A stretch of DNA of 23,205 nucleotides from Catajapyx aquilonaris (Eukaryota), in NCBI GenBank assembly GCA_000934665.2, contig KZ538303.1:62001-85205 (forward strand). The letters are read 5' to 3'. Below, one piece after another: positions 1 through 10,153 of the stretch (position 1 is its first letter; each line of letters begins with the position of its first letter). The notes under the pieces were generated by a model. The model did no database searches and was not told where the DNA came from. It was given only the letters and a program-made list of their open reading frames with translations. A program made the translations under genes and the position numbers.

Positions 1-706
1 AATGTGACAGAGAGCTAAAAAAAATTGGGGACGTCTAAAATTGAAACCAATCTTCGTGCGGTGCTTCCATTCCTACAACCCATCCAAAAAAAAAAAAAAA
101 AGAAAAGAAACCATCTTTGTGCTGCTCGTTCCATCAATACTCTTTTTTACAGGGAGTTCCAAAAAAGAATCCTGGCGAATTTCTCTGAAGAAATCGAAAG
201 TACCAATAGAACCAAGAAGCATAAAAAATGGCGTGGGCGTAGAATATACTGTATAAAATTGGTTCAGATGAAGTTGCTGACTTTTCCATTTTTGCTACTC
301 ATGCAGTGAATATGAGCCTAATGTTAGAATCTCCTAGTACTTTCGATACCTATAAATATTAATAACGAAATGAATTGCTTAATATTATTTTACAATCACT
401 GGAAACTGGAGGCGAAACTGATATTAAATTATATCCCTCAAATGAATCAAAAACTCATAAATCAACCAGAAGCTTTTCGTCTTAAAATTGAACAAGGATC
501 TTGAATCTGACATTTTTGGAGCACCCTGCAAAGTTGAGATGCGGTTGGTTTCAACGTCTCCAAAAAAAATCGGTATTGATCTAGTAGCTCCCCCGCCTCT
601 TTTCTTTATTTTTAAATATTCGGTTCCGGACTCCCCCTATATCTGAATATTCGAATCACACACGTAGCTTTGTGTCGCTTCAAACTATAAATAGAGCCGC
701 ACATTC

Positions 707-735
707 CCCCCCCCCCCCCCNNNNNNNNNNNNNNN
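707..735. other. Poly-C run followed by a 15-N assembly gap
   Basis: C run at 707-720, then N at 721-735. Confidence 0.95.
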
Positions 736-2311
736 ATTGCCTGTTTTGGTTCAAGTGTTACGCCAATTCTCGCAAGTAGATAATGTCATCATTTATAACT
801 GCTCTCGTACTAATGCGAACATTATGTGACCATCCATCACACGAAACCTTTTGAGTGGCTTCCTTTTTCCGGCACGAAAATATCGATGCCCAACTATATA
901 ACAATAAGAGTTAATGATTTTTCTTCGTCTTCTTCTGTTTTATAAAGGTTGAGATGCCACGTGCTGTCATTATCTTCCGGTTATACAATCTTCGTCACGA
1001 GGCTTGGTAATTGCTGCTGGCATTATTAAAGGATCCTCTTAATCACGTATGCAAGATTTCCTAGCGTCTAACTATTCAAGGATCGATCTATGCAAACGAT
1101 GAAAAGCTGGTGGAGGTTGCTAATGTGTGTTTTAGAAACATTTAAAAGGTATTAAGGCACACGCAATTTGCCGCCTGAACTCGGTTTAACTGCATTCGGA
1201 ATTGCTGGATGTGCTTTAGTTTTCCCCGGAGGAAGCAATTGGCTTCATGACTTTCCATCAGTGCGCTGGGTGGAAAAAAAAGAAGAATCTGCAATTGTCC
1301 GTGTAGAGTCAGTCACGAAGCAGCCCAATGCAATTCCGAGTAGAGTGGCTTCTCCTCTTTCCCAGGGAGCGATCAATTACCATATTGCCCCCGCCTCTGT
1401 ACCTTCATGATAGGTCAAACTCTGCTACTTTGCAGCTGGGAAGTCTGGATAATTCATCAGTGTTCTACTCACTTACCGGCCCGGATTATTACAAACATCA
1501 AGCTCAGAATAGTCAAGGGCGGTAGAAGTGTCATAAGCTGTATCCGCTGTAAAACTTTGTCTTTTTTGTGTGTCAGCAGTATGTTCTAGTGAAAATAATG
1601 AACCGCCTTGTTTGTAGCCCAGAAATCGATGCTAGTTCCGACATAAAAACGGTATACCTTCGGGGGGGAAGGAGCATCTTTTTATAAACTGCACAGGGTG
1701 TCCCAGATGCATCGACCGATATTGGTTACAAAAAAAAATTGTGATGCAATTTTTTCAACTCCCACGCTTTAGATCTGGTCTGAAATGTCAGCAAAATGTA
1801 GCCACTAACCACAGTAAATAGATCTGATTTTTGCTGGATTTTGTTGGATCCAACAATGTGTCAGTGTTCAACTACCCTGAACTTGTCGGATTTCAACCGA
1901 CTAATTATGGGTCGATGCTATGGGATGGAGAGAGCAATTTATCAAGTCATGCATAGAATGAAGCAGAAGTACTTGGCAGCCATCATCATCCTCTCTCCTG
2001 CTGCTGCTGCACTAAAGTCTCAACCCCCCAACTATGTAACTATCAGAAGGAAGTAGTTAGTTGGCACAGAGCCACCTATTCCTCCTCCTCCTGGTGTTTC
2101 CACCAGTCCCAATCGATTTCACCTCCTGCAGAAGCCCACCCTTTCTTGCACACCTTTTTTTTCCCCCCCCTTCTGTTTCTCCAACCCTCCTCTTCTCTTT
2201 TCCTATATCCTAATTGAGCAATTCAAGGAGTATACTAGCCCGCTAATGTGTGTACAAGTCGCGTCTGCTGCTGCCTCCCTTGGCGATTAGCACTGGAGGA
2301 AGAAGGGGCTG

Positions 2312-2319
2312 TGACGTCA
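2312..2319. promoter_or_regulatory. Full palindromic cAMP response element (CRE) motif
   Basis: Exact TGACGTCA. Function untested; an 8-mer can occur by chance in 23 kb. Confidence 0.3.
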
Positions 2320-2504
2320 AGGTTTACCAGTTAATGCCTTCTCTTTAAGGGGAGGGCAATCATGGCGCCATTGTTGCGTCTGTTAGGTGTCGGGGGAGTG
2401 AAATGTTAAGTGGTAGGAGAAACACTGGTGGTTAACTCTCAGGGGGCATGGTGCAAATCCAGCTTGTTGCAGCATAAAACCCGTTCAACAAGATTATGAG
2501 AATA

Positions 2505-2726
2505 TGTATAATATTAAAAACCTGTTCATGTAGCATGGTTGTGCTTTCTGATTGGTCCTCCGTATGAAAGTGTTACCGCGACGATTCCGATTGGTCCCCG
2601 TTCTGGGCAGGCGCAATAAGGGACGGAGCAGCGCCTCTGGTGGATGGTAGGAGGAACCATCAGTTCGTTCGCTGTCGGCCGGAGGGTCTACATCGCACCC
2701 AGTGAGCGAAGCGAGGGTTTTTCTAG
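2505..2726 (+). mobile_element. Non-autonomous Helitron-like element, copy 1
   Basis: 5' end A|TGTATAATATTAAAA (copy 2 has A|TCTATAATATTAAAA). A subterminal hairpin ACCC..GA-GCGAAGC-GA-GGGT lies at 2697-2718, and the 3' end is TTTTCTAG at 2726. It is collinear with 12497-12679, sharing TTCTGATTGGTCC, TGTTACCGCGACG, TTCCGATTGG, GCAGCGCCTCTGGTGG and TTCGTTCGCTGT. No TIR or TSD. Confidence 0.75.
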
Positions 2727-5700
2727 AGCTTTTTAAAGTTGTGATAATCATATGACAATATTGCTACAGATTTCACTTCAAAAAATTAATGTTAAAAATT
2801 AATGCGAACTTGAATTATTTACAATTATTTATTGCGACGCAAATTCGATATTATGTCGAATTGTACGCATTTCACGAGTATTTATTTTAAAAGCGTCAAT
2901 TGAACGACAGGAATCATGCCCATCGAACAGTTACTACCAGATTAATGTCAATGCGATGACAGCCGCAAATCATCGCGGGTTAATATGAGCGTATATTAAT
3001 CATTGCAATAAAATATTTAATCGTGCAAAAAAATGTGCATGAATGACAGCCAATAGCAACGGTTTCCACATATCGAGTGTTAATTAGGTTTCTGTTCTAC
3101 ATAATGGTATATGAAGTGGATCTAATTATGCTACACAGTACCACCAATTATTATTAGGTGAAGAAATTGATTGTTCGTCCCCAACAACTGGCTTAATAAG
3201 CAAGAATCTCCCGTTTGAAACTTTATGAAACACTTTTTAAACTGAATACTCGGCCAGTGACCACCTGTGAATGTGAATAATATGCATGGAGAATATTTTT
3301 TTCAGAGGCGAATGCTCTCGATTGTTTTTATGCAGTGGACCTACTTGAACTTGCAAATGAATTTGGTGCATCCATCAGCCTGATTTAGAGACGCCCCCAA
3401 ACCAGGTGTGCTTCCTTCACAACCTTGAATCTCCAAACTTCTCCGCTTAACCCCCCCTTCTTCCTTTCCCCTCTGCTCACTTGATGTATCGGAAAACGCT
3501 TAAAATTATCCCCCCCTATCCCCCCTCCCACCCCGCCATAATCCTGAAACCCTATATATCCACCAATAGAAACGGGGCCGAAAGTCTGAACTAGTTTCAC
3601 ACTTAGTTACAAGGACAATACGAAAATCCCGGAGCAATTAGAAACTCCCTGGCCATAACTCTGGACTGTAAATGCTATACATTTCCCGAGCCGCCATGTT
3701 TACTGCCCAATTAATATCCGCCTATGGCCTATGAAGTGACACCTGTCAGTAATGAAAAGCCTTCAATTTTGGTCAAATATACACCAGAAAAAAATTTGGA
3801 CAAAAATTATTGCATAAGACCTAAAACAGGGTCAGTGATGACGACATCTTGGTACTCAACTACACTTGACGTGTAGGCTACTAATGAAAATGGCCGCTTT
3901 CCACCCGGACGAGCAATTAGCCTTTATGAGATATGTTTATTACGTGAGCCCCCCGGAAGACACCAGAGGTATGAAAATAGAGGCTAAGAATAAGCCTCAC
4001 TTTGCGTGCTGGATAATACCTGGCCAGGAAAAAAAAACAACACACAGAGCACGTCTTCTGGTGGTGTTAATTAATCAGCTTTAATAACATTCATGGGGAA
4101 ATGCAGGTCTCGAGTCGGGTAAGCCTAGGATTTCATTTGCATTAAAAAAAGAGAGAGCACGCACCTACTCACTTTCTGGTCGAAGCAGATTTTCCCTGCC
4201 CCCGCATGCAATGTATAGCACTGAAAAGTTTTTTTTCTACGGAAAAATGTAACACTTGAAATTGGTAATTACGTATTTTTCCGATACGTCCAAGTGATGT
4301 AAAAATTAATATGCACGGAGGTGGCCTCCCACGTCCACATTTTTTTAGAAATAGAAAAACAAGCTTCGGCGAGATTCAAGGGTTTATATGGGCATATTCT
4401 GGTCGTATTAAAGGTATCAGCGTTTTACGTAGTAATGAGAGTGCTAAGTGGATTTAGAACGATGTGGGATGAAAAATTTATCCGCATCGTATTTTTTTAT
4501 AGAAAATATTCCCTTCCAGCCTTTGTATATAGAATGGCGGTCACGCAATTATTTGGTAATTGAAGCTGAATCCAGGATTAAAGCGGCGGTAATATAATTT
4601 GTTAAAAATGTTAGCGGACCACTAATACTGTTGAAATATGTAGTGGACTTACACGTAATGATACGTTGAAAAATCATTATAGAAGCACTGACCTACATGA
4701 CATACGTCCAATGTATTTTGTATCATTATTTGGTGACATTTGAGTTTGAATAAATGAATTTAAGTAAATAAGCAAACTCTCATTGGAGTAAATTTCACCA
4801 ACTTTAGACTTAACCTACCTACACGTGAAATTCCAGACTCCTCGTGAGATATTTTTCTTCTATCGTGTCCATAAATAGGATAGTATCTACTTACACGTAG
4901 TATACAATTTAATAGCTTTCCTAGAATTTGCGAACTCAATATGGGCATACCCCGCCAGCAGATTGAATTGAGAGTTATTCGATAGTCGCTCACGTCGGTT
5001 ATCAACGACGCGGCATATCTCAATTTCCCTAGCTTGTTTTGTCTATCCTTGCTGCAGACCTTGGTAACATATCGCTCGTTCTCCGTCAACCCAAACTCTA
5101 TACAGTATATATTCCACCAGCAGTTCCAATAAAAGGATTGGGGGGCGCTGCAGAATTTGACACCTTTTGCAATATGTTTCCAGCTATAATATATTTTTAA
5201 AAAAACGGAACATGTTATACGTCGACTGGGCCTGCCAAGACGGATTACACAAATCATAAATTCAGTGTCTGCAAGCTGCATTGTGGGTATTGAATTATTA
5301 CACGATAATAGACCCCGGGTCCCCCCTAATGCAGTGTGCTTTAATAGCATGGTTGGCGCAGCATTGTTCTTGCAACGAGTCCTATAGTTTGCCGCAGCGT
5401 ATAATACTTCCACAGAGTAAATACGGCCGAACAACAAGTTCAATTTGCTGTGTCCACTTGTCACACGTAACAATCCAAACCGACTTAATTGCTGGAATTA
5501 TCGGCAGCACAACCTGTCCTACAGCCCAGCCCATCGCATCACGGTCAGATTGTCCTCTATTACGACCAATCAGCGCCGGAACTAATTAGATCACCAAGAC
5601 GACATCAAGCTCTATTTGTTCCATGCTTCCGAGCGATTGCCCTTGTAGTTTTTTTTTCGGGCCACCAACTTTTATTTTATCCTCCCCCATTTGATACCAG

Positions 5701-6844
5701 GACACCAAAGAGCTATAGGAAGGTTTAAAAAAAATTTGCGAGGTACAGTACAAGTAATTACCGCCCGGGGCAACACCTGAGGGCCAGTTTGTTGCTATAA
5801 GCAAAGTACTCCTGGGGGAGTTTGTAATAATATTGCAGCGTGTGTGGGCGTGAAAAAAAAAGTGTGTGTATGCCATGTAAGGGTATTAACGTCATGCGTG
5901 ATAACTACCCACAACAAAAGGTGGGTTGCCACAATCTGAATGGAAAGGAATCTCGCTAATTAGAACATTGCAACACGTATAATGTAGGTAGAAAATATGT
6001 GGGCGTCTGATGTTTGCAAAATGTGCAATAAAATCCCGATCAGTCCTTGACCTGAAGATTAGAAAGATTGGGTCAAGGTCGGCCTCAATTTTGCATTTTC
6101 CGGTTGGACAGGCCAAAGTGCATCCATCGACTTTTTTTTTATTCTTCCTCCCCAGTCCCACAGGCACGATTCTCACAGAAGGGGCTTGTTTGAGAATCCC
6201 AGGGCTGACTGTAAATCTTCGCCCGCAAAAGACGAATTAGTCGCAATCAACGCCCCTTGCAAAATTGCACGCGACTGTTTCGGCCGCCATAAAAAAAGAA
6301 GACGAAATCCCTCCGAAAAAAGCGGAACAATTGGAATGAGGCGGCGAACTTTTTAGGAGTAATAAAAGGATTCAATTGGTTCACAAGAATAATGCATTGA
6401 TTCGTTTCCTTCACAATTTTTTTGTCTTTCCTGTAATTCTACTTTTCCGATTGTGGCCGGATTTTTTTGACGACAGCTCGAACTGAACCATAATGGAATG
6501 AAAAATTTCCACTTCACTTACAGATTCTCAGCCAAACCCTTTGTAGTCAAGTTAGAAGCGGAATAAGTTTGCAAACCGATACGGCTCACCTGTAACGCAA
6601 ATGTCATGTTTGGTGACCTCGACAATATTCAATTCACCTCCGCTATAATTTGAAATGCAAAACACTACTGCCGGGAGATTATTTATACTCCGCCGGTCCG
6701 GTTATGCAATGCGCTGTGTCTCACGTACTATCAATTTGTCAAAAAAGGTTACATAACATTATCCGTTATGTTAGCACGATGCATATTTCATTCATTTCTC
6801 TGAAGGGTAATTGTCAAGAGCGTGTACTGTTGTTTTAACAAGTT

Positions 6845-6905
6845 TACTAATATTTTTTCCCGAACATATTGATATAACCTTATAATGTTCTTTTTTCTTT
6901 CTAAG
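6845..6905 (+). promoter_or_regulatory. 3' splice site of the receptor terminal exon (candidate branch point, polypyrimidine tract, AG)
   Basis: TACTAAT at 6845-6851, pyrimidine tract TTCTTTTTTCTTTCT at 6888-6902 and AG at 6904-6905, immediately before the GPCR reading frame. Confidence 0.8.
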
Positions 6906-7234
6906 GCACGACGACGCTAAAGGAGCACACCCGCCAGGGTTGGCGACACGAGCACAAGGCTGCTCACACCCTGGGTATCATCATGGGTTGCTTCCTAGTC
7001 TGCTGGCTGCCTTTCTTCTGCTGGTATGTCATCACATCTCTGTGCGACACCTGCAACTGCCCTGACATTGTGGTGGCCGTCGTCTTCTGGATCGGTTACT
7101 TCAACTCCACTCTCAACCCTCTCATCTACGCCTACTTCAACAGAGAGTTCCGAGAGGCTTTCAAAGACACCCTCCAAACGGTATTCTTCTGCTGTACTTG
7201 TTGGAAGAGGAATCCCGGCACGCAATACGTATAG
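6906..7234 (+). CDS. Octbeta3R: Terminal coding exon of a beta-adrenergic-like octopamine receptor (class A aminergic GPCR; Octbeta3R-like): end of ICL3, TM6, ECL3, TM7, helix 8, C-tail
   Basis: Translation after the AG at 6904-6905 (phase 1): (x)[108 protein letters not shown]. It shows EHKAA-TLG, CWLPFF (W6.48/P6.50), [15 protein letters not shown] (NPxxY) and helix-8 FREAF, typical of Octbeta receptors. W-x-x-EHK and the KRNP...YV terminus match my recollection of Drosophila Octbeta3R better than Octbeta2R. An in-frame TAA at 6902-6904 blocks upstream extension, so the ATG at 6983 is internal. The family call is strong; the subtype call is about 0.65. Confidence 0.93.
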
Positions 7235-9430
7235 TCCGCAGAAACACAAACTCTCATGTTTCTCGACCATGATGTGAAGAAGCGTTTGGCTTTTCTTGCA
7301 GGCACTTTTGCTCAGTTCTTGTAATCAACACGTCCGTTATATACACATTGCAGAGGAGAAAATGGTTGTTTTTCTAAATTCCTCCGGTGGATATAAGCGC
7401 TTTTTGGCTTCCAGTTATCATGTATGCAGCTTTCAAATTCAGGATTTTAAGGGTATTGGCAATGGATCGATGTTGCACAAAAAAGTAGAAAAAAATATCC
7501 GAAATTTGGGTTAATTAGAGCGCTGCTGAGGAAATGTGCCTGCAAATGAGCTATAAGAGTACAGAGTAACGCTTTTCCTTTCCTTTCTTTTTCATTTTCT
7601 TCTCTCTCGGACTGAAACTATACGGGTGCTTTTTCGTCTTTTTCGTCGCTGTGTCTAAAGCGGCGGCATTGTGAGACTGGTCAAAAGAAAAGTCTGTGAT
7701 GTTTTGGTGTCCGGACCTTCTGCAGGCTTAGGATGTGATACCGCCAAACCTCGTTTTATCTGTACAATTTTTGTTTTAATTGTTATTTCCCCCCCCCCCA
7801 TATGTACACCCCCTCCCCGATCCTATAGTCCTTTATGACCTTCGCAATCCGATCCCACCTCGACTATTTTCGTTGGTGAGCTAGACACCACGACAACCCA
7901 TGTAATTGTAGCCGGATTTTGCTGCAATGAATCTTGAGGTGAGCTAACATTATGCAGGGCCCGTGGTTTGCGTCTTAAGCTCTTTACAGATAAACTCACA
8001 GTATTTATACGAAAGCTTTAAAACCATTCGAAGTTGACTTCAGGTGATCACTGTTAAGATTTTTTCAACGGTGGCCACTAGATTGTTGGTGGCTTCGAAA
8101 GGTTGTCACTGTACCTGACAAAAATGCAGGGCAATTTTTTATCACAAAATTTTAACCCACGGATTTTAAAATTAATTTGAAATAATTGACTGAACTAAAT
8201 TGTTAAATCACGGGCTCAGACTATTTCATTCAATGACTGCTACTCTCACGATGAGATAGTCGCTGCTCACCCTAACTTTGGTCCACGTGGAAATCAGACT
8301 GTAAGTGCCACATTTAAATGTATATTTTTGCGTACAGTATTAAAGTAAGTGCAATCCTCAAAATTAGTTAGGGAGCTCACGGCTGTGTCCGAAATAGGAA
8401 AAGAAAAAAAAATCCCAGATAGGAGCATGCTGTAAAATTTTATGAAAAACTTGACAGCCACAACCTGCAGCATTATAGTTTAGCCAATGTTTTGTAAACG
8501 ATTAGAAAGGCTGGCTCCTTTCACATTCCAAAACAAATTCGTACGCCTTTTAGAAAAAAACGAAGGGTCATAACCTGGGAGAATTGCAACAAATTGTGCT
8601 GCAAAAAGAATCGCATTACAGATTTTTTTTCTATCTCTCTCCCTCGTATCCTCCCTTGCCCTTCGAGTGCGAAAAGCGTCCGTGGAGTTTCATTTTTAAT
8701 TTACAAGAGCTCCTTTCATAATTCACACAGGTAATGGCTGACTGCAAGCCCAGTGTTGGAGTGGGATTAAATTTTCAGTCAGACTCTTTGTGCACTCACC
8801 TGGTCTCACCAAGAGCGATAAAGGTCCTACTGAACTTAATTTTCCGGGCACACAATCCTCCAACCACCAATGTCAGGTTCTACTCTAGATAAATCATTTT
8901 TTTATGCTCAGAAGGATTTCCTTTTAGTGGCAATTTTTTTTTAAAACGTTGCTCTGTGTTGGGAGCGCGAAAAAAAGGGTAGTCTGATACGATATCAGGT
9001 GAACTTTGAGCAGGTTTACTTTTAACTGAACTGTCGCGATTGCTCAGTTTTAAAATAGTGTGAAGGTCAGAATCTCGTTTTTTTTTTCAAATGGCACTTG
9101 ACCTTGCCGGTTGTGCAGTCTCGACTCGTTTTGCATTGTCTCAGTGAAGGTGCGAAATCGGATGGATATAATATCACATTTCAACTTTTTGCTATTCCCT
9201 CTTTACCCCCCCCTTCCCGCCCTATAAAATAGTGCAAGACAAACCGAGTGTTTCCAACAATTATTGTGTTGTACATACCAGTACTTGTAAACGGGCTTCG
9301 TGCAAAGATGTATTTTGTTGTTTTGTTTTGGAAAGCACAAAACAATGGCTAATTTTGTGTTAGTAGAACTACTATTCTATTTATGTCCATTGCATACAAA
9401 GCAAAACAATGTGTATTTGTTACAAAAACT
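7235..9430 (+). other. Candidate 3'UTR of the receptor (3' boundary uncertain)
   Basis: Follows the TAG at 7232-7234 and has U-rich tracts. ATTAAA variants occur at 8339 and 8765, and a Pumilio-type TGTACATA at 9270-9277. By eye, the first AATAAA is not until 11518, so the end is a guess. Confidence 0.4.
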
Positions 9431-10140
9431 TTGTTACTTCTTATTCTGTCGTCCATAGTGTGTCCCTTTCATTCTCGTTATCCTAGGAAGGTCATGGAGG
9501 GGGAGAAAAAAAACTCATTGTAGAACCGAGCCTATTCTTGAGCTCCAACAAAAGAGGTCCTGCAGAATTAGGTCTTGCATGTGAGACACCGGAACTCGAC
9601 TCCAGGGAAATCACATTTTGGGCCGTCATCCATGATGAGATCATCGGCTTCAAAAGCCAAGAGGCGTTATGAAGGCGTTAAGTGAGCTATAAAACGGCCG
9701 CGGTTTATCAAAAGCATAGACCATCTACATTAGCCGAACGGCTATATTATTATTGCTATAAGCGGAGGCGGATGATTAAAAAAGAAGAGTTGGGAAGCTT
9801 TAATGTTCCGCTGATCAATTTTATAGGTGAGACTACAAGCAAATACTAATTATGTGGAACAATACGGTTGGTACAGGGTGATTTTCAGCAAATTTCTGCA
9901 AAAAGTTCAGGTAAAGTTAATTATCTGAGTAACGAGGCTTCTGACAATCCTACATAATATGATCCCCTTGTTCATCAGTCTTCATTCATCCTTAAAAAAA
10001 ATTGGCCGCATTTTTTCGGATATGACATGGATTCCTCCCATTGTTTCGGACTGAACATGCCTGCAACAGAGTCTGGAAACTTGTCTCCGACAGGAAATTT
10101 TCGGGGTGGTGTTGGCAGCAGAATAGGGTTATGTCAGAGG

Positions 10141-10153
10141 GAGAGAGAGAGAG
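10141..10153. repeat. Short (GA)n microsatellite
   Basis: GAGAGAGAGAGAG. Confidence 0.7.

Larger units (their letters stand above)
1..6905 (+). other. Probable intron of the octopamine receptor gene (upstream exons lie outside the window)
   Basis: I recognised no TM1-TM5 GPCR sequence in 1-6905, and the downstream exon starts mid-ICL3 at an acceptor site. A small unrecognised ICL3 exon cannot be excluded. Confidence 0.7.

Noticed and set aside
6931..6937. Alternative acceptor CCGCCAG|GGT inside the exon
   Set aside because: It has no pyrimidine tract and a different phase (0) from the well-formed acceptor at 6905 (phase 1).
7220..7231. C-terminal TQYV as a canonical PDZ ligand
   Set aside because: Position -2 is Gln, fitting neither class I (S/T) nor class II (hydrophobic). 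Atypical binding cannot be judged from sequence.
6983..7234. ORF-track 83-aa protein starting at ATG 6983
   Set aside because: The Met is internal to TM6. Homology continues upstream to the splice acceptor at 6905, so this is an exon and not a standalone gene.
6995..7277. Overlapping ORFs 6995-7270 (-) and 7026-7277 (+)
   Set aside because: Shadow frames expected from the C-ending codon bias of the real GPCR exon.
7232..7324. Stop-codon readthrough extension (29 codons after TAG)
   Set aside because: TAG-T is not a leaky context, and the open length is unremarkable.
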